Shown here in pieces: positions 19,801 to 27,264 of a DNA stretch of 64,000 nucleotides. Both the position numbers and the translations under genes were made by a program. A model generated the notes under the pieces. It searched no databases. It saw only the letters and a list, made by a program, of their open reading frames with translations, and was not told the origin of the DNA. Within the stretch, counting starts at the first letter, position 1; each line of letters begins with the position of its first letter. This DNA is from an uncultured bacterium. Lineage in GTDB: Bacteria; Hydrothermota; Tepidihabitantia; Tepidihabitantales; Tepidihabitantaceae. The DNA lies in assembly GCA_964412225.1 (NCBI GenBank), contig CAYPNB010000001.1:75656-139655 (forward strand). The letters are read 5' to 3'.

Positions 19801-19910
19801 TAGATATTAAGGGGTTTGCCAGCGACAATATTGTCCGGGAACTCAACTCCCTTCTTAACCTGCCGTCCGCTGCCAGCGGTGCCGAACGCAAGGCCGCGGT
19901 GGGCGGATAG
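16821..19910 (+). CDS. Double HdrA-like fusion protein (HdrL paralog lacking the GltD insertion)
   Basis: 1029 aa. An N-terminal HdrA FAD domain with a ferredoxin insert (VVGGGVGGVQVAL, CTGCGSCLEKCP, CFGSRDE...YCSSVCC) is followed by a CHCGINIGG module, a second FAD domain (LVIGGGISGMSAALA) and a C-terminal ferredoxin. Long stretches are near-identical in protein sequence to the 12900-14576 part of the 1493-aa gene. Confidence 0.85.
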   Translation: MSEVGSVNAALVVGGGVGGVQVALDLADAGLKVYLVERAPAIGGYMAMLDKTFPTNDCSMCILSPKLVSCARHPNVELLTLSEVLEVTGEPGNFQVRVRRYARSVDIDRCTGCGSCLEKCPVKLPNEFEGGLSQRRAIYRLYAQAVPNAPTIDRKVCLKFTKNRCGNCEKVCKAGAINYAEEDQEMVLNVAAVVLATGSEIVSPRVRQEFGYGRFPNVVTSLEFERILSASGPFGGHIQRPGDRKEPKKIAWLQCFGSRDETVNRGYCSSVCCMYAVKEAVIAKEHSPEVQPTIFYMDLRAFGKDFDRYIERAEKQYGVRLVPARVAEIREIPETKDLVVRYATEKGQRTERFDMVVLSGGFIPPEAVQLLDQRLGVQLNQFSYPLVDVFAPVNTTRAGVFLAGSDQGPKDIPETVTQASAAAAQVLSCSGVPGAVAKKGDGFRNVIGEPPRIGVFVCHCGINIGGVVRVPEVVEFARQLPGVVYAEENLYSCSADSLEKLKSRIVEQKLNRVVVASCSPRTHEPLFQETVAQAGLNPHLFAMTNIRDQCSWVHMQLPDEATEKAKDLVGMAVARVRRQEPLAPVKLPVTKAGLVIGGGISGMSAALALADAGFEVFLVERENELGGMARKIWRTVEGEDVPKRLAGLIERVSTHPRVRVFTGARIARIEGFVGSFTTTVRHNTDRGEEETELRHGVVVLATGARYRQPTEYHYGASPRVKTQQELEEIIARQPEGLDDARLVVMIQCVGSREEERPYCSRICCVEALKNAIAIKERNPQTEVFILYRDIRAYGLKEKFYRRAREMGVNFIRYTPDRKPAVSATKEGVQVRVYEPVIGEELELVPDLLVLSSGVVANPDAAELAQMLKVPLHQDGFFLEAHAKLRPVDFATEGVFLCGLCHYPKFIDEAIASAQAAAGRAVTVLAREFIEGEPYQAVVNPQRCSACRMCETLCAYRAIEVKLIDERQGRFAAVVNAALCKGCGACAANCRSQAIDIKGFASDNIVRELNSLLNLPSAASGAERKAAVGG

Positions 19911-19928
19911 CGGTCGGTCAGTAGCACC

Positions 19929-20354
19929 ATGTCTTTCCGTTATCAACTGCTTGAGCACACCGCTGACCTGAAGGTGGCGATTTACGGCAAGGACCTACCT
20001 GAACTTTTTGTCAACGCTGCCCAGGCGATTTTTGACATCATGGTGGATCTGAACCGGGTTGAGGAGAAAACCAGCGAAGAGGTTTCGCTTAACTCGGGCA
20101 GTCTGGAGGAACTGTTTCTGGACTGGTTACGGGAATTGCTCTTCCGCTTCGCCACCCGGGGTTTGGTTTGCGCCCGGGTAGAGATGCAGAGTCTGGATCC
20201 GGAAAGGGGAGGTTTAACCGCCCGGCTCTATGGCGAATCCTACCAGATGGAGAAGCACGGTTTGAAGATAGAGATTAAAACCCCAACCTATCATCAATTC
20301 AGTTTGGTCTCAGGCGAGGCTGGTTTTGTCGCTACGGTGGTCTTTGACGTTTAG
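19929..20354 (+). CDS. Archease
   Basis: 141 aa. The N-terminal YQLLEHTADLKVAIYGKDLPELF and the overall length match the archease family, an RtcB activator. Confidence 0.75.
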   Translation: MSFRYQLLEHTADLKVAIYGKDLPELFVNAAQAIFDIMVDLNRVEEKTSEEVSLNSGSLEELFLDWLRELLFRFATRGLVCARVEMQSLDPERGGLTARLYGESYQMEKHGLKIEIKTPTYHQFSLVSGEAGFVATVVFDV

Positions 20355-21526
20355 ACCGGACGCTGGGGCGAAAGAGGCGAAATTTCCCGGAGCCGCTGGA
20401 CCACAGTGGCAAAGGCATCTACCGCGTAGTCAATTTCTTCTTCGGTATTGTCCTCGCCAAGAGAGAACCTGACCACCGAGTTTCGGAACTGTGGTGGGAG
20501 GTTGAGCGCTTTGACCGTTGGTGATGGTTCGCTTTCGCCCGAAGCACAGGCCGATCCCGATGCCACCGCCACCCCTTCCAGGTCCAGACTGACGAGCAAC
20601 GCCTCGCCTTCCACATAGGCAACGCTGAAGTGGCTGGTATTGGGCAGACGTTTTTCGGGGTGACCGTTTAACCGGACATCCGGGATGCGTTTCAGCACCG
20701 CCTGTTCCAGACGTTGGCGCAGGGCAAGCATTTTCCGGGCGTGTGCGGGCCACTCGGCTTTGAGGAGTTCGCAGGCGCTACCCATACCAACGATGCCGGT
20801 AATGTTTTCGGTTCCGGCGCGGAGGCCACCCTGATGATGGCCGCCGTGAATCAGGGGGTGAATTGGTGTTCCTTCCCGGATATAAAGCACCCCCACCCCT
20901 TTGGGGGCGTGAATTTTGTGGCCGGAGATGGTCAAGAGGTCAATACCCAGTTCATTTACATTCAGGTTCATCTTGCCGGCGGCGGAGACCGCATCGGTAT
21001 GACACACCACCCCCTGTTCTTTACAGATTGCGGCAATTTCCTGGAGCGGCTCAATTGTGCCGATTTCGTTGTTGGCGAGCATTACACTGACCAGGGCGGT
21101 GTGTTTGGTAATTGCCCGCCGGACATCATCCGGGTCAACAACTCCGTAGGAGTCAACCGGTAGATAGGTTACCTCCCAGCCGTTGTCCTCAAGGTACTTG
21201 GCACTGCCCAGAATTGAAGCGTGCTCAATTGGGGTAGTGATGATATGCCGCCCCCGTTCCAGCATCCGGGCAACCGCCACGCCTTTTATCGCCCAGTTGT
21301 TCGCTTCGGTACCGCCGCTGGTGAAGAAAATCTCCTCGGGTCGGGCACCGAGAAAACCGGCTACCTGCTCCCGGGCCCGGGCGATTCCCTCTGCCGCCTC
21401 CCGGCCAAAGTAATGAAGATTGGACGGGTTGCCGAAAACGGTGGTGAGGTATGGTTCCATTGCCTTCCTGACTCGGGGGTCAATCGGGGTTGTGGAGTTG
21501 TTGTCCAGATAAACTCGGCGCTTCAT
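20351..21526 (-). CDS. Cysteine desulfurase (NifS/IscS family, PLP-dependent)
   Basis: 391 aa class-V aminotransferase with SGHKIHAPKGVGVLYIREG (PLP lysine) and the catalytic Cys region ...SGSACASGES.... Confidence 0.9.
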   Translation of the reverse strand: MKRRVYLDNNSTTPIDPRVRKAMEPYLTTVFGNPSNLHYFGREAAEGIARAREQVAGFLGARPEEIFFTSGGTEANNWAIKGVAVARMLERGRHIITTPIEHASILGSAKYLEDNGWEVTYLPVDSYGVVDPDDVRRAITKHTALVSVMLANNEIGTIEPLQEIAAICKEQGVVCHTDAVSAAGKMNLNVNELGIDLLTISGHKIHAPKGVGVLYIREGTPIHPLIHGGHHQGGLRAGTENITGIVGMGSACELLKAEWPAHARKMLALRQRLEQAVLKRIPDVRLNGHPEKRLPNTSHFSVAYVEGEALLVSLDLEGVAVASGSACASGESEPSPTVKALNLPPQFRNSVVRFSLGEDNTEEEIDYAVDAFATVVQRLREISPLSPQRPV

Positions 21527-22101
21527 TTTGCTTCTCCTTTTGTTCCTTTATTGTTTAACGGTGAATTTTCCAATGGCAAAAGGGGAGAACCTTTGCCATC
21601 GGGCGTCACGGAGGGGTGTTTTTTAAAAATCCCACCCCTGAATTCATAGATAAATATCATTATCGCCCCGATTACAACAAAGGCATCGGCAAGGTTGAAT
21701 GTGAACCAGCGCAAGCGGAGGGAGCGCAGTTCAAAGTCAATAAAATCTATTACATAGCCCAGCCGCAGCCGGTCAACGAGATTGCCAAATGCTCCACCCA
21801 GCACCAGACCGTAAGCCCAGTCCAGCCAGGTGCTGCGGTTTTTTACCGCCAGAAATAGCACTACCACGACGCCGACGCACTGGAGGAGAAAATGCACCCA
21901 GGGCGGGCCAAAGGTAAGCCCGAAAACGCCCCGCGGATTGGTGGTGAATGATAACCGCAGGATATCGCCAAGCACCCGGACCGGGGCTTCACTCTCCCGG
22001 CCCGCGAACATACCGTATACCAGCATCTTGGTTAACTGGTCAAGAAACAGGGTGATGATGGCGGTCCAGACAAACGAGCGGCGCAGGACTGCCTTCATCA
22101 A
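21523..22101 (-). CDS. lspA: Lipoprotein signal peptidase (signal peptidase II)
   Basis: Four TM segments with conserved LspA motifs (FLDQLTK, NPRGVFG, GGAFGNLVDR, FNLADAFV). Confidence 0.85.
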   Translation of the reverse strand: MMKAVLRRSFVWTAIITLFLDQLTKMLVYGMFAGRESEAPVRVLGDILRLSFTTNPRGVFGLTFGPPWVHFLLQCVGVVVVLFLAVKNRSTWLDWAYGLVLGGAFGNLVDRLRLGYVIDFIDFELRSLRLRWFTFNLADAFVVIGAIMIFIYEFRGGIFKKHPSVTPDGKGSPLLPLENSPLNNKGTKGEAK

Positions 22102-23048
22102 ACCCGGCGCTCGGTGTCCGCCACCAAACGATCAAGGGCGTCCGAGTTGTAAACCCGGATGTGGTAATGCTGGGCGAACTGTTCGGCGTCTTCCGAAAGA
22201 CGAGGGGTGGCGATGAGGATGATGTCCTGGGCATTGACATCGTAAGCCTTGGCGTAAAGTTTTATTACCTCTTCCGAGTCTACCCGATTGTCACCGGCAA
22301 CGAAGCCGACGACAATCCGGTGTTCCAGGGGCCCGGTGCGTTTTGTAGCAAGCATGTCCACGGTGTGTTCGGCGCCAGACCGGCCGCTGATTTTTACCAT
22401 CTCCTGGACGTCATAACCCTCGCGGGCGAGTAGTTCTTTGACCCGGGCCCGGGGAATCTGCTCCTGGTGGAGTTTGCTCACCTCGGCCGGATTGAGCAGA
22501 TAGCGGTAGAGAATTAGTTCCCGGACATCCCCTTTTTCATAGGTGTGGGAGCAGGAACGGCAGAGCCAGCGTTCAATTGGTGTCCGGGTCAATTCCCGGC
22601 AATCCTCGCATCGGTAAGGCCTCCCGAGGTCGTCATAATCACTGCCGAGCAGGGTGAGTTCATTCCGGCATTTCGGGCAGATGCGGGTGCCGCTGCGGTT
22701 GAAATCCTCAGCCGGCGCGGTCCAGTTGCAGGTCCGGTGGCGTAACAGTCGGATGCGGACCAGGTGCTGGGAGCCGCACTTCGGGCAGACAACGGTAAAC
22801 TGCAACTCACGGGAGTTGCAGGCAGGGCAAAAGAGAATTCTTTCGTGGAACTGACGCTCCAGATAGCCTAGCCGGCACAGGTCTTCAAGCAGGCGCTGGC
22901 TGTAGTCCGGGTCAACACCCAGGTGGTTCTCCACCAGCGGATAACTCACCCAGCTCACCTGGCGCGGGGAGAAAATCGGGTCCAGGCTGGCAATGTCTTT
23001 ATTGATGAGCATTTCAAAAAGGCTTAAGACCTTCGGGTCATTTATCAC
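22098..23048 (-). CDS. Multi-zinc-ribbon protein with C-terminal restriction-endonuclease-like (Mrr/PD-(D/E)xK-like) domain
   Basis: 316 aa. Three CxxC...CxxC pairs (CPACN...CPKCG; CPKCR...CEDC; CRSC) follow a wHTH-like N-terminus. The C-terminus (...GAEHTVDMLATKRTGPLEHRIVVGFVAG...IILIAT) resembles the Mrr_cat nuclease fold. Its stop overlaps the lspA start by 4 nt. Confidence 0.55.
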   Translation of the reverse strand: MINDPKVLSLFEMLINKDIASLDPIFSPRQVSWVSYPLVENHLGVDPDYSQRLLEDLCRLGYLERQFHERILFCPACNSRELQFTVVCPKCGSQHLVRIRLLRHRTCNWTAPAEDFNRSGTRICPKCRNELTLLGSDYDDLGRPYRCEDCRELTRTPIERWLCRSCSHTYEKGDVRELILYRYLLNPAEVSKLHQEQIPRARVKELLAREGYDVQEMVKISGRSGAEHTVDMLATKRTGPLEHRIVVGFVAGDNRVDSEEVIKLYAKAYDVNAQDIILIATPRLSEDAEQFAQHYHIRVYNSDALDRLVADTERRV

Positions 23049-23150
23049 TTAGCCTCCTTTGCCTAACAAATAAATTATATAAGAAAATCGCACACTCGTC
23101 AAACAATAGGCGCGGGGTAATTTTTCCCCAGAGTTTGTTTTGGGGCGGTT

Positions 23151-23831
23151 TTAACGGCTGAAAAGGCGGGCGAGCAGGGGTGCGATCAGAAGTGCGGGGA
23201 GCATGTTGAGGATTTTAAAGCGTTTTATCTCCAAAAGATTGATGCCGAGTCCGATCAGGACAAGGCCGCCAGCAGCGGTCATTTCCGCAGTCATTGTGTC
23301 GGTAAGAAGGGGCTGGAGCAGGCGGGCGAGGAGGGTGAGTCCACCCTGGTAGATAAGGAGCGGAATGGCCGAGAAGAGGACGCCGATACCCAGACCGGCG
23401 GCGAGGGCAATAGAGGCAAATCCATCCAGGAGCGATTTGGTAAAGTAGAGGGTTGGGGTTTTACCAAACCCTTCTTCAATTGCGCCCAGGACGGTCATCG
23501 CGCCCATACAGAAGATAAGGAATGCGGTTGCCATACCTTCACTGAACCTTTCGCCGCCGAGGCGGAGTTTTTCTTTAATCCGTTCACCGAGGTGGTTGAG
23601 ATGGCGGTCAATGTCAATTAATTCGCCGATGAGCGCGCCGGCGACGACGGCAAAGATGAGGATGAGGACCCGCTGGGTTTTGAGTGCCATGGCAACGCCA
23701 AGGGAAACGGTGAAGATGCCGATTGCCTGAAAGGTGATTTTGGTGAGCCGTTCCGGCAGGCGGGTGTGGAGAAAAATGCCGATGAGACTGCCGATGATTA
23801 CCGCTGCGGTGTTAACCAGTGTGCCCAGCAC
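23151..23831 (-). CDS. DUF554 family membrane protein
   Basis: 226-aa polytopic membrane protein whose N-terminal MLGTLVNTAAVIIGSLIG matches the YqgA/DUF554 family. Confidence 0.7.
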   Translation of the reverse strand: MLGTLVNTAAVIIGSLIGIFLHTRLPERLTKITFQAIGIFTVSLGVAMALKTQRVLILIFAVVAGALIGELIDIDRHLNHLGERIKEKLRLGGERFSEGMATAFLIFCMGAMTVLGAIEEGFGKTPTLYFTKSLLDGFASIALAAGLGIGVLFSAIPLLIYQGGLTLLARLLQPLLTDTMTAEMTAAGGLVLIGLGINLLEIKRFKILNMLPALLIAPLLARLFSR

Positions 23832-23972
23832 AGAAACATATTAACATCTGACGCTTAGGTTGGCAAGGGCGATTTTAGAGTTGACATTGTGTTGAACTGT
23901 AGTAAAATGGCATTGGCAGGTTGAGGGAAACCGAGTAATAGGGCTCGTTTTTCCCCTGCTAAAGGAGTTATT

Positions 23973-25661
23973 ATGAGACTGTTGATGATGAAGGTAGGGA
24001 CGGCGTTAATTTTATTTCTTTTTGGAGCGGCTTTTGCCGTCCAGGATGACGCCTCCTCCATGCCGGCGGTGCGGGGTACGGCGCACCCGGTGATTTCGGC
24101 ACCCGGAGCGATGCCAGCGAATGACTACGAGGCAAGGGAACAGGAGCGTAAGGTTCAGGCTTGGTATCTTCAGCAGCAGATGCCGGTTCAGGTACCGGTT
24201 GAATCCAGAATAATTCATGAGATTGTGAACGAACCCGGTGGTGTTTTAATGAACGATGGACCGGATGTTGTGATTGACGCGGGGTATGTGGCTGCCACTG
24301 CTGCAGACTATGAGATGGACGGCACAATGTGGGTGGCGGTGTCCGCTTTTCGGGACAGTGCGGTGTGGGTTTACAAGTCAACCAATCACGGTGTTTCCTG
24401 GAGCCTAGTTTCTCGTTTTTACCGCTCGACACCGTATCTTTTCACCCAGCTGCAACTGGTTGTAGGTCAGGCTGAATCGGCGTTTGTTTTCTGTTATTTT
24501 ATTATGCCGGATAACAACGGCGATCTGTGGCAGGCCAGGTTTAAACGAGATGGTAGCAGTTTCTGGGCGCGGCCAATTCTCGCCGGTCCGGATACGATTA
24601 ACCGGGTTATTGTCTGTCGGGATTACTATTATGATTACTGGCTTTATGCCTGTGCTGGGGATGTTGATGCTACACCAGAATTTGACGACTTTATGATGCG
24701 TTCAACCGATTTTGGGAAAACCTGGGCGGTTCTGAATACATTTCGCTTTGTCAGTGCTGGCAGTTATTCGGCTGGTGCCGGTAAATACCTTTATCTCGCC
24801 GGCTGTCCTTCTTTAGTAGCTCCAGGTCAGATGAACCTTTTGGTGAACACCAGTTTTGGCAATCCGGATTCCTGGTATGAGACTTCTGTGCGGCCGGACA
24901 CATTTGATGTTAGGTATCCAATAATTGGTGCGGCGTTCACCCGGCCCGAGTCAACCGCAGTGATCTGGACGGTTTATTCCCATAACTATCGGAACTCTGG
25001 AGACTGGGATGTGAAATATGTCTATTCTACGGACAGGGGGAGAACCTGGAGCAGCAGTTACTATCTGGCGGGTTCTTCCGCCGCTGACGAACACTATGCT
25101 GACCTGAAAAACTACACTTCTCTGGGCAATGATTATATGAACGCCTCCTATATTTCAGAACAGGGTTATCGCACTGTTTACCGGCACTGGGTTTCTGCAT
25201 CCAATCCGACCGGTTGGTCAGATACTTTGCGGATTAATACCAATAGTGCCGGTACCGGTGAAGAGATCAAACCGCTTCTGGTTTATTCACCGGGTGCTTC
25301 TGGAACCGGGGCTGGCTGTGCGTTTGTTGGTGCCGCTCTATATCGCTGCTACTGGAATGCTCCTTGGACGGTCGGAATCGCCGAGGAACGGGTGGTTCCC
25401 AAGGGGAAAACTACGGCGGCTTTCGTTTTTCCCAATCCGGCAAGTAGAACGGTACGGTTTGTCTCGCCGATAAGGGGTGATGTCCGGGTGGCGGTCTACG
25501 ACGCACTAGGCAGGCTGGTTTATTCTCTGTCTGATGCCGGGGGCGATAACGTCGTGTGGAATCTCGTCAACCGCGACGGGGAAAGGGTAAGTCCGGGCGT
25601 CTATTTTGTCCGGCTGACCGGTGCCGAGGCCGAATTCACCGAACAGCTGGTGGTGGAATAG
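23973..25661 (+). CDS. BNR-repeat (sialidase-like) secreted protein with T9SS C-terminal sorting domain
   Basis: Signal peptide; several SxDxGxTW BNR motifs (STNHGVSW, STDFGKTW, STDRGRTW). The C-terminal ~80 aa (...VYDALGRLVYSL...GVYFVRL...) is a Por_Secre_tail-like CTD. Confidence 0.75.
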   Translation: MRLLMMKVGTALILFLFGAAFAVQDDASSMPAVRGTAHPVISAPGAMPANDYEAREQERKVQAWYLQQQMPVQVPVESRIIHEIVNEPGGVLMNDGPDVVIDAGYVAATAADYEMDGTMWVAVSAFRDSAVWVYKSTNHGVSWSLVSRFYRSTPYLFTQLQLVVGQAESAFVFCYFIMPDNNGDLWQARFKRDGSSFWARPILAGPDTINRVIVCRDYYYDYWLYACAGDVDATPEFDDFMMRSTDFGKTWAVLNTFRFVSAGSYSAGAGKYLYLAGCPSLVAPGQMNLLVNTSFGNPDSWYETSVRPDTFDVRYPIIGAAFTRPESTAVIWTVYSHNYRNSGDWDVKYVYSTDRGRTWSSSYYLAGSSAADEHYADLKNYTSLGNDYMNASYISEQGYRTVYRHWVSASNPTGWSDTLRINTNSAGTGEEIKPLLVYSPGASGTGAGCAFVGAALYRCYWNAPWTVGIAEERVVPKGKTTAAFVFPNPASRTVRFVSPIRGDVRVAVYDALGRLVYSLSDAGGDNVVWNLVNRDGERVSPGVYFVRLTGAEAEFTEQLVVE

Positions 25662-25686
25662 GCACAACCGCTTTGGATATGGTTCA

Positions 25687-25719
25687 GGCGCCCGCAGGAA
25701 CGCGGGCGCTTGACTTTTA
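25687..25719 (+). terminator. Rho-independent terminator (GC hairpin GCGCCCGC-aggaa-GCGGGCGC plus T-rich tail) after the BNR gene, overlapping the tRNA promoter
   Basis: Perfect 8-bp GC stem followed by TTGACTTTT. Confidence 0.55.
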
Positions 25720-25737
25720 GGGCGGTTTGGTTAAATT
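25710..25737 (+). promoter_or_regulatory. Sigma70-like promoter for tRNA-Arg (-35 TTGACT, 16-nt spacer, -10 TAAATT)
   Basis: TTGACTtttagggcggtttggtTAAATT ends 8 nt before the tRNA 5' end. Confidence 0.5.
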
Positions 25738-25745
25738 AGTGTAAA

Positions 25746-25819
25746 GCGCCCGTAGCTCAGATGGATAGAGCGGCAGACTCCGGATCTGCAGGCCACGCGT
25801 TCGAATCGCGTCGGGCGCT
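25746..25819 (+). tRNA. tRNA-Arg (anticodon CCG)
   Basis: Cloverleaf folded by hand: acceptor GCGCCCG/CGGGCGC, D arm GCTC-AGATGGATA-GAGC, anticodon stem GCAGA/TCTGC with loop CTCCGGA (CCG), T arm ACGCG-TTCGAAT-CGCGT, discriminator T. CCA is not encoded. Confidence 0.9.
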
Positions 25820-25838
25820 TTTGGAAAGGGGGTAAAAT

Positions 25839-26357
25839 ATGGATTTTTATGAAGTGGTGCGTCGCCGGTTGAGTGTTCGGGCATACAAATCGGACCCGGT
25901 ACCAGAGGAGGTTTTGCAGCGAATTCTGGAGGCGGGTAGACTGGCGCCCTCGGCAAAGAACTATCAGCCCTGGAAGTTTATCGTGGTGAAAGACCCGGCG
26001 CTGCGGGCGGCACTTGTTCCCGCCTGCCGGAATCAGCGGTTTGTGGGCGAGGCACCGGTGGTGGTCTGTGCCTGTGCCATTTTGGACCGGGCGTGGCAGG
26101 GAATGGGTGGTTACTGGTCAAGTGCCGAGGTGGATGTGACCATCGCTTTAGAGCACATCATCCTGGCAGCGGCAAATGAGGGGCTGGGGACCTGCTGGAT
26201 CGGGGCTTTTATTGAAGAGGAGGTAAGAAAGGTTCTGGGAATTCCAGCGGCGGTGAAGCCGGTGGCGTTGACCCCGATTGGTTATCCGGCACAGGAGGCA
26301 AAACCCCGCGACCGGAAGCCACTTAGCGAGATTGTCTGCTTTGACCGGTTCAGTTAA
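25839..26357 (+). CDS. Nitroreductase family protein
   Basis: 172 aa; LSVRAYKSDPVPEEVLQRILEAGRLAPSAKNYQPWKFIVV is the nitroreductase (NADH oxidase/flavin reductase) signature. Confidence 0.8.
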   Translation: MDFYEVVRRRLSVRAYKSDPVPEEVLQRILEAGRLAPSAKNYQPWKFIVVKDPALRAALVPACRNQRFVGEAPVVVCACAILDRAWQGMGGYWSSAEVDVTIALEHIILAAANEGLGTCWIGAFIEEEVRKVLGIPAAVKPVALTPIGYPAQEAKPRDRKPLSEIVCFDRFS

Positions 26358-26437
26358 CGGACCGCCCAAGAGCGGTTAAACTTTTCTTTATTTTCTCCCG
26401 GACCGAAGTGAAGAACCGCTTTTAACCGCGGGGCGAA

Positions 26438-26902
26438 TCAGGCTTTCTGACCGGTGTCAATGACCAGTTCCATCACAATGGCATCCTCGCCGTTTTCGTA
26501 ATACCCTTTACGCAGGTAGGTGGGAACAAAGCCGAAGCGCTGGTAGAAGCGCTGGGCGCCGATGTTGGAGAACCGGACCTCAAGGTAGACCCCGGCCGCC
26601 TTTTGTTTCCGGGCAAACGCCAGCACCTGTTGCATCAGCGCGGTTCCGACGCCGGATCGCCGGGACTCGGGGGCGACGGCGATATTGGCGATGTGCACCT
26701 CCTGTGTGCCCCAGGCGATGAGATAGCCAATTATTTTCCCGCCTTCTTCGGCAACAACACAGAGTGCATCCGGGCGAGAAATGTCCGACAGGAAGAAGGA
26801 GCGGCGCCAGGGGTTGGGGAAAGAGCGGATTTCAATTTTCATCACATTGTCAATGTCCGCCTCGGTCATTTTGCGGATGGTAATGTTCTGGTACCCGCTC
26901 AC
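26438..26902 (-). CDS. GNAT family N-acetyltransferase (RimI-like)
   Basis: 154 aa with the acetyl-CoA binding motif (ARKQKAAGVYLEVRFSNIGAQRFYQRFGF) and RimI-like length. Confidence 0.8.
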   Translation of the reverse strand: MSGYQNITIRKMTEADIDNVMKIEIRSFPNPWRRSFFLSDISRPDALCVVAEEGGKIIGYLIAWGTQEVHIANIAVAPESRRSGVGTALMQQVLAFARKQKAAGVYLEVRFSNIGAQRFYQRFGFVPTYLRKGYYENGEDAIVMELVIDTGQKA

Positions 26903-27019
26903 CGGTTGATATTAACCCGCCCCCGGTAGGAGTCAAGGAAAATTCTTGACAGGCCGGGGCGGGAAAATACAATTTGGTTGCAGGAAAATCAGGAGTGGCA
27001 GCGGTAGACCGGTAGCCGG

Positions 27020-27230
27020 TGAGTGCCGGTAAGCCGGTTGTCCGGCGATTATCGCGCCGGGCACAGGGAACGCCGTGAAAATCGGCGGCGGTCTCGCCCA
27101 CTGTGAGCGGCGGTAATTTCTGCTTCTAACTGAGCAGGGTCGCCCGTGATTGCCACTGGTCTGAGCCGGGAAGGCCACGGGCAGGAGATAGCCGCAAGCC
27201 AGGAGACCTTGCCGTTGCCGGTGCTGGATA
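27020..27230 (+). ncRNA. Cobalamin (B12) riboswitch
   Basis: Conserved elements in the 5' leader of the TonB-dependent receptor: AGGGAAcgccGTGAAAATCggcg, GCCCACTGTGAGCGG, and a B12 box AGCCAGGAGACCTTGCC at about 27199-27215. Confidence 0.7.
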
Positions 27231-27264
27231 AACGGTAAACCTTGCGCAGAAAGGAGAGCCGAGA

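Noticed and set aside
8104-19910. Possible selenocysteine (in-frame TGA) in HdrA/HdrL as seen in some methanogens and deltaproteobacteria
   Set aside because: All hdrA-family ORFs are uninterrupted by TGA. The conserved positions encode Cys.
8280-19958. Numerous 60-190-aa ORFs on the minus strand inside the hdr cluster (e.g. 9676-10188, 11847-12401, 18290-18856, 19506-19958)
   Set aside because: All are antisense to long plus-strand genes with clear Hdr/Flx homology. Their products are Arg/Pro-rich low-complexity sequences with no motifs. Treated as shadow ORFs.
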